A DNA stretch of 64,000 nucleotides, taken from Glaucostegus cemiculus. Lineage: Eukaryota. The stretch is taken from NCBI GenBank assembly GCA_976551045.1, contig CDPCPM010000052.1, forward strand, positions 3,968,001 to 4,032,000, in the 5' to 3' direction. The notes beneath the pieces were generated by a model. It was not told where the DNA came from, ran no database searches, and saw only the letters and a program-made list of their open reading frames with translations. Shown piece after piece: positions 26,030 to 40,009 of this stretch. Numbering within the stretch: position 1 is the first letter of the stretch; every line of letters begins with the position of its first letter. Position numbers and translations under genes: made by a program.

Positions 26030-27620
26030 AAATTGCAGGAAATGTTCAGCAGGTCAGGCAGCATCTGCACAAAGAGAATAAGTTAATGCTTCAAGTCAAT
26101 GACCTATCATGAAGTTAAAGGAACAACTTTCAGGATACAGTGGAATGTCTGACCGGATGGAAAGTTGACTAAATGATTGAATGGTCAATGTGCAAAACTG
26201 AAAAGGAGAATAATACATTCCGATAACCAGAGTCATCATGAACTTGTTGGATCGAGGACTGAAGTGAAAACCAGCCAGGGTTTGATTTGCAAACTGAACA
26301 GAGGTATTTTTCAGAGCAGTTATCCAATCTGCATTTGCTTTGCCAAATGTGAAAAGGGCCACATTATGAACAACAAACAGTGTATCCTAAATTGGAAGTA
26401 CCAGTAAATCACTTCCATGTAGAAAATGTCTCTGGCCCTGGATGGAAGGAAGAGAAGATGCTGTATCACTATAGTAGTTGCAGCGGAAGATGCTGTGGGA
26501 AGGGGAAATGATGTTGGTGATTGAGGACTGGAGCTTTACATTGAAGAGTGAATTCTAGTAAAGTGGGTTTAAGGTGTGCTTGATGGTGGGAGTCATGCTG
26601 GAAGTGCCAAAGATTGCGGAAGCTGGTATTTTGAATGTGGAAACTGGTGAGGTCAGATTTGAGGTTGACTTGAGAGGGGAAGGGGTGAAGCAGAATTGTG
26701 GCAAATGGAATGGACATGTTCAAGTGCTGTTACTTATGGTAAAAGAAAATGGAGGAGAAAGAGGAGGTGAGAATATGTATAAGGTGTAGAGAAAGGTTAG
26801 AAGTATATAGAATGTGAGCTCTGAGACATGAATTAACATGGATGCCATAATGACTGTATTAGAGTGCTGGGAACAGACATGTTTTGCTGTGAACAGCCTT
26901 GTCTCAGATATTCTGCTGGCTTCAGCTTTAGTTCTGCAGCCTAGAGATATAATTATACCATTGTATTCAGTTGTTTTTCTAGCAGGTTTGCACAGTAGCT
27001 CTTTGTTCCCTAAACTAATCTTGAAGCCACCAGAAAGAACCTTGAATTTACTAATGTCATCTGAAGTCCAAATAGCTTAACAACTTTAAGGAACCATTAT
27101 CAAAGACTAATGTACTAACTATTTTAAGTATGTATCTTTGTCTGCAACCAATCATGATTATTGATGCATGATCATTCCTTGTAAGGTAATCGTTTGTACC
27201 TCTGGAAAAAGTATAAGAATGTATGTAAGCTGCTGTACTTCAGAGACCACTGGGTCTAGGACATGAGTGCCTGACCTGATGCTCTCTCCTCGCATCAAAT
27301 AAAGGAAGAGGTTTGAACGAGATTGTTGGTCTTCTGAGTTTTCTCTCCGACCGAGTTCGACAGAGGTATCGAAAAGACTGACATGGAAGATGGAATCAGA
27401 GCAAATGTATCTGAGACTAGGCATTGAAAGTAGAGTCCTTTGCAGAAAGCAAAATGGGTGCGAGTGTAGTTAGTGTTGGATGCCTGTGCTTGTTGTGGAT
27501 ATTGACTTTATTCTGTCCTGAGTAATTGGGACTGAAGTTGAGAAAAAGAACATTTGGAGATGAGGGGAGGCAAATGAAGTTAAGGGATGGGTGAAAATTT
27601 GGCAGAAAAATTGATTCAAA
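26030..27620 (-). mobile_element. Decayed Penelope-like element (RT C-terminus and GIY-YIG endonuclease) interrupted by a solo LTR
   Basis: Minus-strand relics of NIH.K...Y...HP..CK...LRYICSD (27380-27510), HIQ...RN..HFQHD (26590-26650) and the CS.CG...I...K.RL GIY-YIG region (26290-26380). Confidence 0.65.
26785..27362 (+). mobile_element. Probable solo LTR (578 bp)
   Basis: TGTAGA...TCGACA termini; flanks aagg/gagg; CCAAT 27148, TATAA 27212 and AATAAA 27298 in U3-R-U5 order; interrupts the Penelope sequence. Confidence 0.6.
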
Positions 27621-28849
27621 TTTTCAGTTCAGATTGAGAATCTGAAGTGGTGAGTGAAGGAATCCAAGAGCATTGAAAATCCTTCTAAAGTCACCTAAAG
27701 CTAGGACGTAAAAAAAAATCCAAGCAATATCTTTCATTTGTTGGAATTAGCTGGTGTCAACGGAAACTGTCTTATGCAAGAACTGTTTCAGTTCTTTGGA
27801 GATGTGAGGGGTAGGGTCTGGTTTGGCACACTGAAGCTAAGTGCCCATGGCCCATTTTGGGGCTGGAGATGAGCAGGGATTGGATAGCTATGTTGAAACT
27901 TATCAAGTTAGTGAAGTGTGGTTTCAGAAAGCTTTTTCTTTCATGATTGGACAAATGGAAAGGCAACAATGGAAGAGCAAGAAATGAGCATTCTTGTGCA
28001 AGGGAATTTGAGGAACAAAAGTTTGCAAGCATATTTTAAGAATGTTCATATAAAGGAAAATTGAAGAGAAATGGAGAAATGATGAGAAATTTCTATTCAA
28101 ATTGTGATGCAGCTGAGTTTGCAATATTCTTGATTGTTAATACTTTCTGACCCTTTTCCCAAGTTTTATAAACAATATAGATGTATAATACTTTCATGCA
28201 GACATTTTTCAACTGAGTTACCACATTCAAATAAGATAATGTACACCATCTTAATTTTCTGGCCCTGTAGTTTTTACATATTATAATTTTGTCAATTTTA
28301 CACATCACTGAATTCAATATTGTTGGATGGTACAAAGTCAAAATATTAATAAGATAAACATGATTTGAAACCTAAATTATAAGCATAAAGAGTTGTGTAG
28401 CTTTGTTGTAAAATGTCATGCCTTCATGCCACTTGGCCCTGCAGGATTGGATTTGATACTTAGGATAGTAGAGTTAACAGCCAACTCATGGAAACATATT
28501 TTCCCCATATTTTCTCATGGCATTTTCTTTAATTTTATTGAATCCACCTCTGAGTTACCATGCAAGTATTTTCTTACCATTGGGTTATATTATTCACCGT
28601 GTAGTTTGATAGACTAGCAGTGAAGTAGATTCCCTGGATGCTGAATAGTGGGGCAAAGGAGTGGGAGACTTGTGAAACATCTTTGAATTTTAAAGAAGAA
28701 ACATTAAATTTGTTAAAATAACTTTTATTCTGGAAATTTATTTTACTCCAACTTGCTCATTATTAAGTAAATAAATCATTAAGTAAATAAATCATTGTCA
28801 GAGCATCCAACAAGTACTTGAGTTCCAGTGGGCAGCTTTTAATGTAGTT

Positions 28850-29130
28850 ACTATGAGTGTAGTTGAATAGAGAAACCAGTTTGCACACAGCAAGTTCCCA
28901 CAAATGGCTATTGACACCATAATCTTTTTGGGGCATAGCTTTTGGAAAGGACAAGGAAATTTCCCCACTATCTTAAAATACCATGGGGTCTTTGTCATGC
29001 AGTTAAGAGCTGATGAGATTTTGGTTTCAATTGATATCCAAAAGACAGTGCTTTGTGCTACAATGATATATTAAACTGGATTACAAAGTCGAGCTTCTGA
29101 CCTTGGGTGAAAAGTACTACCACTGAACCA
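28850..29130 (-). mobile_element. Deu-domain SINE remnant
   Basis: tttgcacacagcaagttcccacaaa...ccatggggtcttt...ttggtttcaattgatatccaaaagacagtgc resembles the reverse Deu-SINE core. Confidence 0.55.
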
Positions 29131-31128
29131 TGGCTGATATGTTTCAGATGTAGGTGTATTGATGTGATTGTTAACCTGACCTCCAGTAGATTCCTCTTGG
29201 AGAGCCATGGATGTTAAGCAACGTGAGTGAATGCAGTGTACAAAATTATGATATTCCATTTTATTGGAAATTCAATTCCAAAAGAAATTTTAGTGTAATA
29301 AATCATGCTGCTGTAGTGGGTTTGTATATTGAACTACGGCACAGTTGATTGCAATGGAATGCAAGTTCACCTAAATGAGATTGATGAAGACTTGAGTTTT
29401 GTGAGGCTTTCTTTTGTCCAACTGCTTGAATGTTCTGATTCCATCAGTTCTCGGGGTCCCTTCACTGTTGAAATTAGGTCCCGGGTTCAGGCAATGTTAT
29501 AATGATCACGTCAACTCTGTATTTCCACTTCCTGATGTGACGGATCAAATGACTTTGTTGATGGAGGTTCAATAATCGGGGGTTACCTTGACCTTGAGTT
29601 GCCATGTCTCCTTATTGTACAGCTTGGATATATTTACTTTTGGTCTCATGAGCATTGGTGAAGATTGATGGTTATCCAAAAAGTAATTTTGTTTGTGCTG
29701 CTTCTAAATGGATAAAATAAATTGGATAAATAATTTGATTCTTGTAAAAGTATTCAAGTTTTAATTTATATTGGAGCTAATTTCAAAATTGCAATAAAGA
29801 TGTAGGAAAATAGCAATTATATCAAGTACAGATTTGTCAATATTTCATTCATATGAAGGTAGATTAGGTACATGGAACAAATTTTATGATGGTAAAATAA
29901 TGCTGTTATATCATTATGGGTATTTTGGAGAGAGAGTGTGTTGGAGTTCTTCAGTGATGTCTGTTAATTATTTTGGTCTGATCTAGTATCAAAACATAAC
30001 CACCTTGTTAATTGTCTGGTTGCCCAGTTGGAATGGATTGTATATTCTTTAATCAAATACCTGAATTTTACAAATAGTTTTATGGGCACTGCTCAGGGGC
30101 GAGAAGGACTGAGTGAAAAATAAAAACTAAGAAAGAACTTGATTGTGTTCACTCTGCCCGAACTATTGTTTATTGTTGGTAGAAAACCAAATGAAATAAC
30201 AGGCACTAGAAAGATTAAGGTCCAGGGAATATGCTGCTGTTGGTGTTTTGTTCCACTTATACCTGAGGTATTTAAAGAAAGTTATGCATGCCTGATGGAA
30301 AGTAATATATATTCTGTCCATATTTATTTCAGATGCTGCATTTTCCTTTGAATGTTCCTTTGTGCATAGGGAGTAAGAAGCTAATTATTACAGCAATTGT
30401 ATTCCCTCTGCCTTAACTGAAAGTTCCCCATTCAGCAAGCAGCTTCTGTCTCTTTGTACCACCAGCCACAGCATTCCAAGGCTGTCTTCTGGCTGTAGTG
30501 TGTCTCATCTGTCAGTATGTTTCTGTTAGTCTCTCGTGTTCTGGTTGCCTGCTGCACTCAAGTGCCAAAAGAATGTAAATGTTTAATTGTCTCTAAAATA
30601 AGATCCTCACTAACCATTAAATATTGCTCTGGACTGTGTTGGAAGCATTTTGTCCACAGTTAAGTAGATTAGGTTTTAAAAACGTGTGCTCTGGTGAACA
30701 TTGCTTTTTCTCGATGCTTATTAGCAATTGAGCATTCCTACATTTCAAATCTGAGCTATGATGCTGTTTACTAAGAAAAGAATACGAGTGATGCCAAGGG
30801 GTATGTTGGCAAAAATACCAGTGGCATGGTGGTTTTCTCTAGTTTTCTGCCAAAGTCAGTGTTCTGCTTACAAACATGAGTGGGAAGCAAATGTGTTAAA
30901 ATGTAAGCTATTGCACTGTTAGATTTATTTGAAGGTCTCTTTTCCCCAAAAGAAAATTACTTTTTTTTTTAAAGCAAAGCACTTTGTTTTTTCTCCTCCA
31001 CCTTGTACTCTTGCCCAATCACGCTTTTGTTCATCAGCATGAGGTTACTGCAGCCAGACCTAGACCCTGCAGTCAGTTGACCACTGGTAATTTGACTTTT
31101 TCTTATGTTTCCTGTTTCTTCATTACAG

Positions 31129-31305
31129 TGAAAATGTGGACGTCTACTGCCTTCACATTGCAGAGGACGATGGAGAAGTCGATGGAGATTTTCCACCATT
31201 GGATTCCAATGAGCCGATTCACAAGTTCGGCTTTAGTACACTGGCACTGGTTGAGAAGTACTCGCCGCCTGGGCTGGCAGCAAAACAGTCTCTCTTTGTT
31301 CGGAT
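31129..31305 (+). CDS. MAPKAP1: MAPKAP1/SIN1 internal coding exon (177 nt, CRIM acidic loop)
   Basis: Acceptor tttcttcattacag|T, donor AT|gtaagt. In frame with the previous exon: (N)[58 protein letters not shown](I). Confidence 0.97.
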
Positions 31306-33639
31306 GTAAGTTTCAAAACAAAATATATTAACCTTTTTATTTTAATGTTGACACGATTTCCACTTTGACCCAGTGCATTTTACTTGGTGAAAACAATGCC
31401 CTTTAATAGGATTGATTAAAATTTCATAAATATCAAGTTGTATTGTTAACCAGTTGAATGATATTCCACCATATGTGAAAAATGTAGTTGAATAGAGAAT
31501 CCTTATTCAGCCTCACAGAACCTTGTGCAAACTTCCCAGATTCACTGAAAAAACGTCACATATAAAAAGAGCAATTAAATATGTTTTTCAAAAAACTGTT
31601 TAAACTGGGGATGTTTCAAGTAATTCGATGCTGATGAATGTTTTATTTTGCTAAAAGTTATAATTACGCACATTTCCTCTGCAATGTTTAGTTAGTACTA
31701 CTCCTGTTGGTTCCTGACATTTTAGAGAATTCTCTTAAGGGCCTCTGCAGTTTATTTAATGATCAGTAGACAACTGGACAAATATCTGCAGTCATGGTTT
31801 CTTAAAGAAATCAAAATGAGCCTTCTAATTTGACTCTGATTACGAACACAAAACTAAGATCAACATTTGCTGCATTTGATTTTTGTCTATGTTATTAGTC
31901 ATGCATTTGTATAATTACCAACCATTCATGTCACTTTTAATTCTTCATAAGATCTTTGGTATACATTGATTAAAAATACTAGGTTGATGATAAACACGCA
32001 GTTTCAACCACAGCACCATTGGCATAGTACATAGATTGGTAGAGCAATAACCATGCTCAATAAGTTGAAATATATTGCTTAATTCACCCTTAACTGATTA
32101 TATTTCTATATTTAAGATTAATCTGTGTATTTTATTCACTTGTTTGAGAGTATAGAAGCTATTTGTGTCCACACTTAAATTTTTTTCAAACATTTAGTTT
32201 TTCCAGGCTTTGTACTTTCAGGGTACAAAATCTGGAAAATATAACAAAATAAAATCTATCTGAATTTAATTAGATCAAAATGTTGGTAAAATTACTTCTA
32301 ACTTCCATAATGTCAGTACACTTTTACTGATGTAGCATTGCATCCTTTGAAGGTTTGTTCCGGTTCAAGGTTAAGAATGTTGAAAATAACCTTTTTGAAA
32401 TTTGTGTAAATAGGGGGTGCCTTAAGGTCAATATATTTGGTCAGCAATTTATTTACTTTATTTCCTTGGAATTAACTGAATAGTTTGTTGCATAACATTT
32501 TCTGATGCCTTTTTTTATTAATCTTTCCTTTATTTGAGAAATTACATATTGCAGCTGCAAAGCCTTTCTTTGAGCCAGTACTGTCTTATACTGTGCACCA
32601 GTATTTGATCTGGCTGTATGCCAGCTGAAGTTCTTGCCCTTCACATTTTTTTGAGTATTACAATAGTTTGTTATTCTAAAGCCAGATTGTTGTTCCAGTC
32701 AGAAATCTTACATATGGACTTAACATAGATTTAGAATAAGTAAACCTGACATGGTTTCCTTTTTGGCAGGAGATTCTGTCTGGAATTTTTTTTTTAGGTT
32801 TTTACTTTTCTGGAAACTTGGAGAATGCCGTTCAGATGTTCAAGGCAATACTCTGAAATGACAAATAGGACTAGTCTAGTCTTTTTCATGTTTAATTTGA
32901 TATAAGGATTGCAAAATAAAGAGTTTGAGGTTAAGGTCATGAAACAAAAAACCCAGTATTTGGCCATGCAAAAATGGTTCCGGTTATATTTGAAAAACTG
33001 GTGTCAAAAATGATTTTTAAAAAAAATACAATGTTTAACCCTACGTGGAATAGGTACTAGGTTACCATACTAAATGATGTCTCTATACATTGCCCCACTA
33101 TTACTGTGCAAACATCTCAAGACACAAAAGGATTTGAAATTGGTTCTTTTCTGAAATTTCCACTTAATGAAACAGAATTCACATGCTCTCACTTGATCAT
33201 TATTTTTTAAAGTATGCATATTCCTTCCTTGCTTCCGAAGTTAATCATGCTGTTATCTTTTAACCCAAAAGTTGTCTTCAAGCATGTGAATAATGACTCA
33301 CTAATGGCAAAGAAGATGGCAAATTCTTGGTCTAGGGCAAGACTACATATTTAATGAGTAGTTGATAAATCTTTGGGTTGAAAATTGAAAGGCAGAATAT
33401 ATCTAAAAGGCTGGCTTTATTTAGAGTGGGTAAATTGCCTGTTTCTGTATGGCTTAAATCCAGGGTTTCTAAGGGTGATGAACAGAGGACTTGTCATAAT
33501 CTTCCCTTGAGACATGAAAGGGGAAAAATATGATATCCTTCAAGAAAGGATGCAGGAACCTTCCAAGTTACTGATCAATGTTCATAAGGCTTTTGAAATT
33601 GGGGGAAGAAATGAACAGGCACTTAGAGAGGTTCAAGTT

Positions 33640-34690
33640 ATTTGAAGAAAGATGGGATGGATTTGTACAAGTCAAATCCTATTTGACTGACCCAGTCAGA
33701 ATTTTTTGATGCATAAAGAAGTTGAAAGGAATGCAGTGGATATTGTCTGTATGGATTTTAAGAAACCATATGACAAAGCGCTACATTAGGCTGGCTTGCA
33801 AATTTGAGGTTAATGAAATAGTGGAATTAGTTTCAGTTTAGATTTTTTTTATAATGGCTAAAGTACTGGGGGGTGGGGTGGTGGAGGAAACAAATTGTGG
33901 TTTTGCCCACTGGTCAATGGTAGAGGATGTTTCACAAGGGTCAGTGCGAGGATCGCTGCTGAGAGTAACATTTTAAAATTTGCTTTTGATGCATTCTTGG
34001 CACAGTGACTGAGAGAGGGAGTATAGACTTAATGACACAGTTCAAAAATGTGCAGGAGCAGAGGAACCTGGGGATTTGTATGCATAGATCTTTGAAGATT
34101 TAAGGACATAGTGAGAAACTGGTTAGAAAAACACATGGGGTCTTGGGTTTCAGAAATCAAGATATGGAGTACGAAAGTGGGGAAATTGTACTGAATTTAG
34201 AAAAAGCTCTGGTTAGGCAACTAGAGTCTGGTGTCTATTTATGTACACCACACTCAAGAATGTGGAGGCTCTTGAAAGGGCTGAGAGGTGGTTTATTGTG
34301 GTGGTTCCAGAGACAAGGAATTTGAGTGACATGGTGAAGTTGGAGAAGTTTGTGTTCTCAGTGCTTAGTGGATTGATGTGCCCAAGATTATGATAGATTT
34401 CGATAAGGTAAAATAATTGTTCCCATTAACTTGATGGTACCCAGAGAAGGACACGCAACATTTAGGTTTGGGGCAAACCACGTACAGGTGGATGTGGGTA
34501 ATAATGACCTGGAATGTTGGGCTTCTGAGGATGGTGGAAGCAGAAATGATAAAAGATTTCAAAAGGAAATTGGACAGGCCTAACGGAGATAAAATTGTGC
34601 AGGACCTCAGATAAAGCAGTGGAATGACACTGCACAGAGTTGACAGGGACTTGATAGGCCAAATGGCCACATTCTGTTCTGTAATCTCGA
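33640..34690 (+). mobile_element. Decayed CR1 LINE
   Basis: KSYLTD..EFFD, VDIVCMDFKK.YDK and QGSV motifs plus CR1 3' UTR. Confidence 0.8.
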
Positions 34691-37600
34691 TAATGTTGAA
34701 CTTTTGGATGTGTTTTTTAAAGTAATGTATGACAGTAATGTTCACATGCTATATATCCATCAATTTCATTGAAACCAATTTTGTGTATTTACACAATGCT
34801 CTTTTGTAAAAGAAAATATGAACCTTATTTGGATAAAGTTCCAAGCAACTTGACAGAAAATTCCCACTGTTTGCAGTTGAATACCATCTAGGTAAGATAA
34901 ATAAGAGGGAAGTGGTCACTGAAACTGCAATCAAGGACTAGTCTTTGAAGGAAGCTGCTGATGACTTGGGTGACGTTATGAGTAAAATATTAGTTGTACA
35001 AGTTGGATGTTTGTTTGTATGAGAGGTGGGAAGGTGTATCTCTATATTTAAGGGAAAAAGGAGAATGAAGGTCTAATCTTAGTGAGCACCTTTCTCAATC
35101 TTATGAGAGCATTTGGTCTGATGGGTACTTTCATACTGATGAAGTAGATCAAAGAGATGACATTTATCTTGTCATAATCCTGTTAACAATTCTTTTTCAA
35201 GTAGTACCCAATTTCTGCAATGTCGCAATTCTAATTGTTTTTCTATTGCACCCATATAGAATTTAACACTGATTACAAAATGTTAAATAACTTGTCTGCT
35301 TACTCTTTTACATTAAGTGGTGATAAGCACACAGCACATCATACAAGTTGCTACCAGTGTGTGATTTTGAAACTTGATCGAAAAGGCTAAATGAGCATTT
35401 TTTTTTATTTATCAGTGTTAAATTACGTCATGGTGCAAAACAGCCAAGCATTTAAAATGTAGAGATCTAGGAAGTATACACTTGAGCTGACATGTATTTT
35501 TTGTGTTGACTAAAGGAAAATGGAAATAGAGTATAATTTTAATGTGTTGAATGTACAAAAGTTCTTTTTTATAATTTGGGCCTTGGTCTATAGTTGTACA
35601 TTGCATTTTATTTGAATAAGCCTTTCTTACAAATTTTTGTTCTATGTTTCAATGCCTTTTCATATCTTTGTTTTCCTCCTGATATTCTCCTTGGCATCTA
35701 ATTCCAAATAAACCTAGCTCAATTATACACTTCTCCCGATGGAATCCATTATCACTGTTCTGAAACTGCCAGATGTGTAGGCATCATTTTACTTCATATT
35801 GGTAGAGTTAGGAATAAAAATGAGGTGACTGAGTTGGCTCCTTTAACAATACGATTAGGAAAGGCAGGATTATGTGATGAATCTTAAATATTCAAGTCAG
35901 ACTATTTCTGCGCCACCATTTCAGTAGGAAGTATTTCAGCAGAAGCCATTGGGGAAAATGTCAAGAGTTAAATTTGTGCCAATGAAAACTATTACCCACT
36001 TGAGTTTGTAAGCAAAGCTCAGTGCTTGTCAGCGGAAATAGTTCTTGGTGCGTGTTTGATGCCGAGCTTAATGTGGTTGTCTGTGCAAGATGTTGGTTAT
36101 CATGACTGGTAAATAATTGAGTTTGAATAGGGAGAGAGCCCTCATTATCCTCCACCTGTGCCCAGCTGGAGGGGAGGGTTGAGATAAAGCCATTAACTGT
36201 CTTTTACTGGCACCACAAAGAGCTCAAATACATCTGTGTCTTATTTTCTTTTCTGGCACAATCAGTCGAGCAAGCTAAGCAGGCATGACCAAATTTGGCA
36301 AGTTCTGTGGACTTTGGCAAAGTAATGCAGCAGTGCTTTTAAGGAACAGTCTGAGGGCAGTTACTTGGCTCCTGTATGCCATCATTAGTGTATTGAGAGC
36401 TTTGTTTAAAACCAGTCCATTTTGCAGGGGGAAGTGGATTGAATAAAGTATAGATTTTCTTGATGAAATGTGTCTTAACTGGTTGCTTTCTCCTTTCATC
36501 TTACTATTTAAAAGGTCTGTTGTAACCGCATTTTCCACAGTGATTGCAGTGCTGGCTGGAGGTGCTGTTGGTTCTCCAGTTTATTCCTAGGAGTGCAAGT
36601 AGAATTGGCTTAAAATACTAATGAAAGTAGTAGGCAATTGCTATAATTATATTACATTCTGACAACTTAAAATGTAAATGGATAACTTTTTAGATAGAAA
36701 TAGATTGTCCATTTATGCTTTGGGCCAGATGTAAAATGTTTGTCCTTTGTTATGCATACGTGGAGCATTGAACATATAATTGGAATTGGCCACAACATTT
36801 TAGTTCAAGGCCCCAATTTGTGCTAGTGACCATTCCATAATCTCAAAAGTGATCCCACTATTTGTGAAAAAACATTAGATATTAGTGGTCAAACTAAAAC
36901 TTCTGCGTGATGTGCATCACAATTAAAAATAGAAATTGCTGAAAAGACTCAACAGGTCTGGCAGTATCTGTGGAGAAACAAACAGCGAATGCATCAAGCT
37001 GATGACTTTTCATCAAACTTCAGTTGTTGTCAGGAATCTGCTCCGATAACTGATATCGTCAAACAGGATAAGGAGCTAGTCCATTTGAAGAATACCCAGC
37101 CAGCAAGTCAGGAAGTTAAACGTGCAGTTTCAGCCAGATAATAGAGTGGAAAAACTTGTGATGTGCAGTGTATAGGTAGAAGTAGAAATATCTTGGAACT
37201 TAAATATTTATAATTAAAAATGAGGAACTTTGATATAATTAAAACTATTTCCACAGACTCTGCATTCACGTAAGCCCTACTTATGTATGCAAATAAGCCA
37301 CAATTGGTTTTCAAGGCCACAGAGTAGTAATTAGGGCCTAGTAAATCATTCATCTCAGTCACTCATTTAATATTGTGTAATATTTTCAGAGCATACATCA
37401 TTGAAGTTATCATCAACTTGAGGAGAATTTCTGCAAAAATTGGAGAAGGATGTCACTGACAATAACATCTAGGTTTTGTTTGACTGGGTGTTGGATGCAT
37501 TCCAGAAATGCCTGTTGAGTTCTGTTATTGCAAATAATGAGTGCTATTGGTTATATCATTTTAACTCAGCAAATTCTGGGCTGTGACCTTTATTGACTGT

Positions 37601-40009
37601 GCAATATCAAAAAATATCATTAAATGGCTGATGGCTATCTTAAGAAGCTAATTAGTGATGAAATAAACCTGGTAAATTAAGGTACATTTTTAAAAAATAT
37701 CTGACAAGTCTCCAGGTCTGAACTCAGAATCTAAATTGCTGAAGAGGAAAGGCAAGACATCGAGACCATTTGAGGGAAAAATGTAGGTTAAATGTCCCAA
37801 TTAGAGGTCATATCCAAAGTGACCCAGCTTTCTCTTCCCTGTCCTGTTACAGATTTCCATCGTTTTATTTGGATATTGTTACAGCTCAAGTTACAGATGT
37901 GAATACTAACGTTATTGCAAAGATTAATTTTTCACTTTTGTTTGACTTCTATGAATTGCCATTACTGATTTTCAAATAATTGGCTGACAGCAGGTGTGAG
38001 ATGTCTGGGAGGCATGCACGAGCTTTAACCGTAAGTCACTGCTGGGACAGCTCACGAACAAATGAGCATTCCAAGAATGCTTTTCTTTCATGTGCCTATT
38101 CTGTTGGGAGACAGAGGGGATGGCAGTAGTGATAAAGGGAATTGTGCTGCCTTTGGACTTGATGTGCATAAAAGATGGAAGAACTTTGGCAGTCTTAACC
38201 ACCTAATCTGGTAACTTTTGAGGTATTTCCAAAGTACTCTTCAGCAAAGTTGATTGGCCAGCAAGCTAAGCATAATTATGTGACCTGGGATGTTATTGAG
38301 GGTTGAGATAATTTCTCATTCACTTCTAGAGTCCTGCATGCCCGCAGATGAATGGGTCTAATAGTTCTTGTGTGTTGGTACTGTTTAGGCTGGTTGTAAC
38401 TGCAAACTGTTGGGGAAGATGGTGCGAATCTTCCAGAAATTTTGTTGCATTAGTTTTCTTATTCCTTAACAAACCTTGTAAAGGGAGCTAAGGCTCCTTG
38501 TAGCAAGGCTAACCATTTGTATTATCTGATATTTATTAAAGCACAAATGTATCATTTTTTGGTGGGGACTGTCATATTTACACCATGAGTCACTCATGCA
38601 AACTTGAGAATCCTGAACTGAGAGTTCCTTTTTGCAGTGGACTGTCAACTTCAAGTCATTGCACTGGAAAATTTCGGCCTAGAACCTGCAGTGGTTTAAA
38701 CCTGATGCATGTTCAGTAACTACAGAACTTTCAGTGGCCAGGGATGGGCACATTTCAGATAACTTAAATATTTGTGATCGCTTAAATAAGCATGCATTTA
38801 ATTATATTGGTTTCTTAATATTTTTAATTAAATTATTTTTAAATTCTTTCAATGTTTAATTTTTTTGAAGCACAACCATCAAAGTTTTGAATATTGCAGT
38901 CATTTATGGAATTCCAAGTCCTATGCCATCCTTGCCACCAATAATCTGGAGGAGTGGTTTGGCTCGTTCTAAAAGCATTTCTGGCAGCAGAGCTTGTGTT
39001 TCAGCAGGAAGTCTGCCCTGTACAATATCTTGACAATCAGGAGATGGCTTTGGGGACCAAGTAGCTTTCACAAGAGATTGCAAGTGGGGGAGTAAGTGAA
39101 TGAAGTTCACCATTCACTGAGGCAGACTGTCCTGTGGGTGGCATGGGATCTGCAAACTGAATATTGTACACCACAGTATTAATAAAATGGGTTCAGTGTA
39201 GGAGTAGTGTCAACGGGTGCTTGATAGTTTGCGCAGATTTGGTTGACCAAAGGGCCAGTTTCTGTGCTGTTTGTCAGGCCCTGCTGAATATTAAGGCTTA
39301 CAAGTAGATATTCTCCCTCTTTCAGGGCTTGAATTTTCCAGGAGATTTTGCCATTATTAAAATATAAAAATACTTGCACACCTTCCTTTCCCATACTGCA
39401 TTCTAATTTTTTTTCCCTCCATTTCTCCTTCCGCACTTGATATTGAATCCACTCCCTTCAATTCATGCTGCTCCTTAATTTATTGTATTTATCCTCTAAG
39501 TGCTTGCCATGTTCAGTTGGGTCCTTATTGAACCTGAGTTCATCCTTTTCAGTGTGAATTGTGATACAAATATTCCTCCAGTCCACTGTTTGCAATCAGA
39601 TATTCTGTAAGCAACAGGAACTATATTCAAATGGTCAGAGAAATTAAGAGGCCATCAGCAGAAAGATATTAAATCAGTCTGTTGCATGAACATGTACACA
39701 ATACAGTGCGATGATACTGACCATAATACACACACAACCTACCATTTTATTGCAACAGTAGCCTTGATGAGACAGCAGCTAATTGGGGAATGGTTTGTGC
39801 AGTTACTTACCTAGGATGTGAAAAAAGCCAGTTACAGAAGAGAAGTGTATTTCATTGTTTTTCTAATTCCAACATTTTCTCAGTTAAATTTTTGGCTGAA
39901 TTGTTTGCTGCTTTTATTTAAAGAATAAAAGCTCTAATAAGATAACTAGAGTTTGCTGCTTCATCCAGCAGCTTTCACCAGTATAAGCAATTTCACATGA
40001 CCTTCCAAA

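Noticed and set aside
30984-31331. 115-aa ORF overlapping the exon
   Set aside because: Off-frame reading of the MAPKAP1 exon plus intron.
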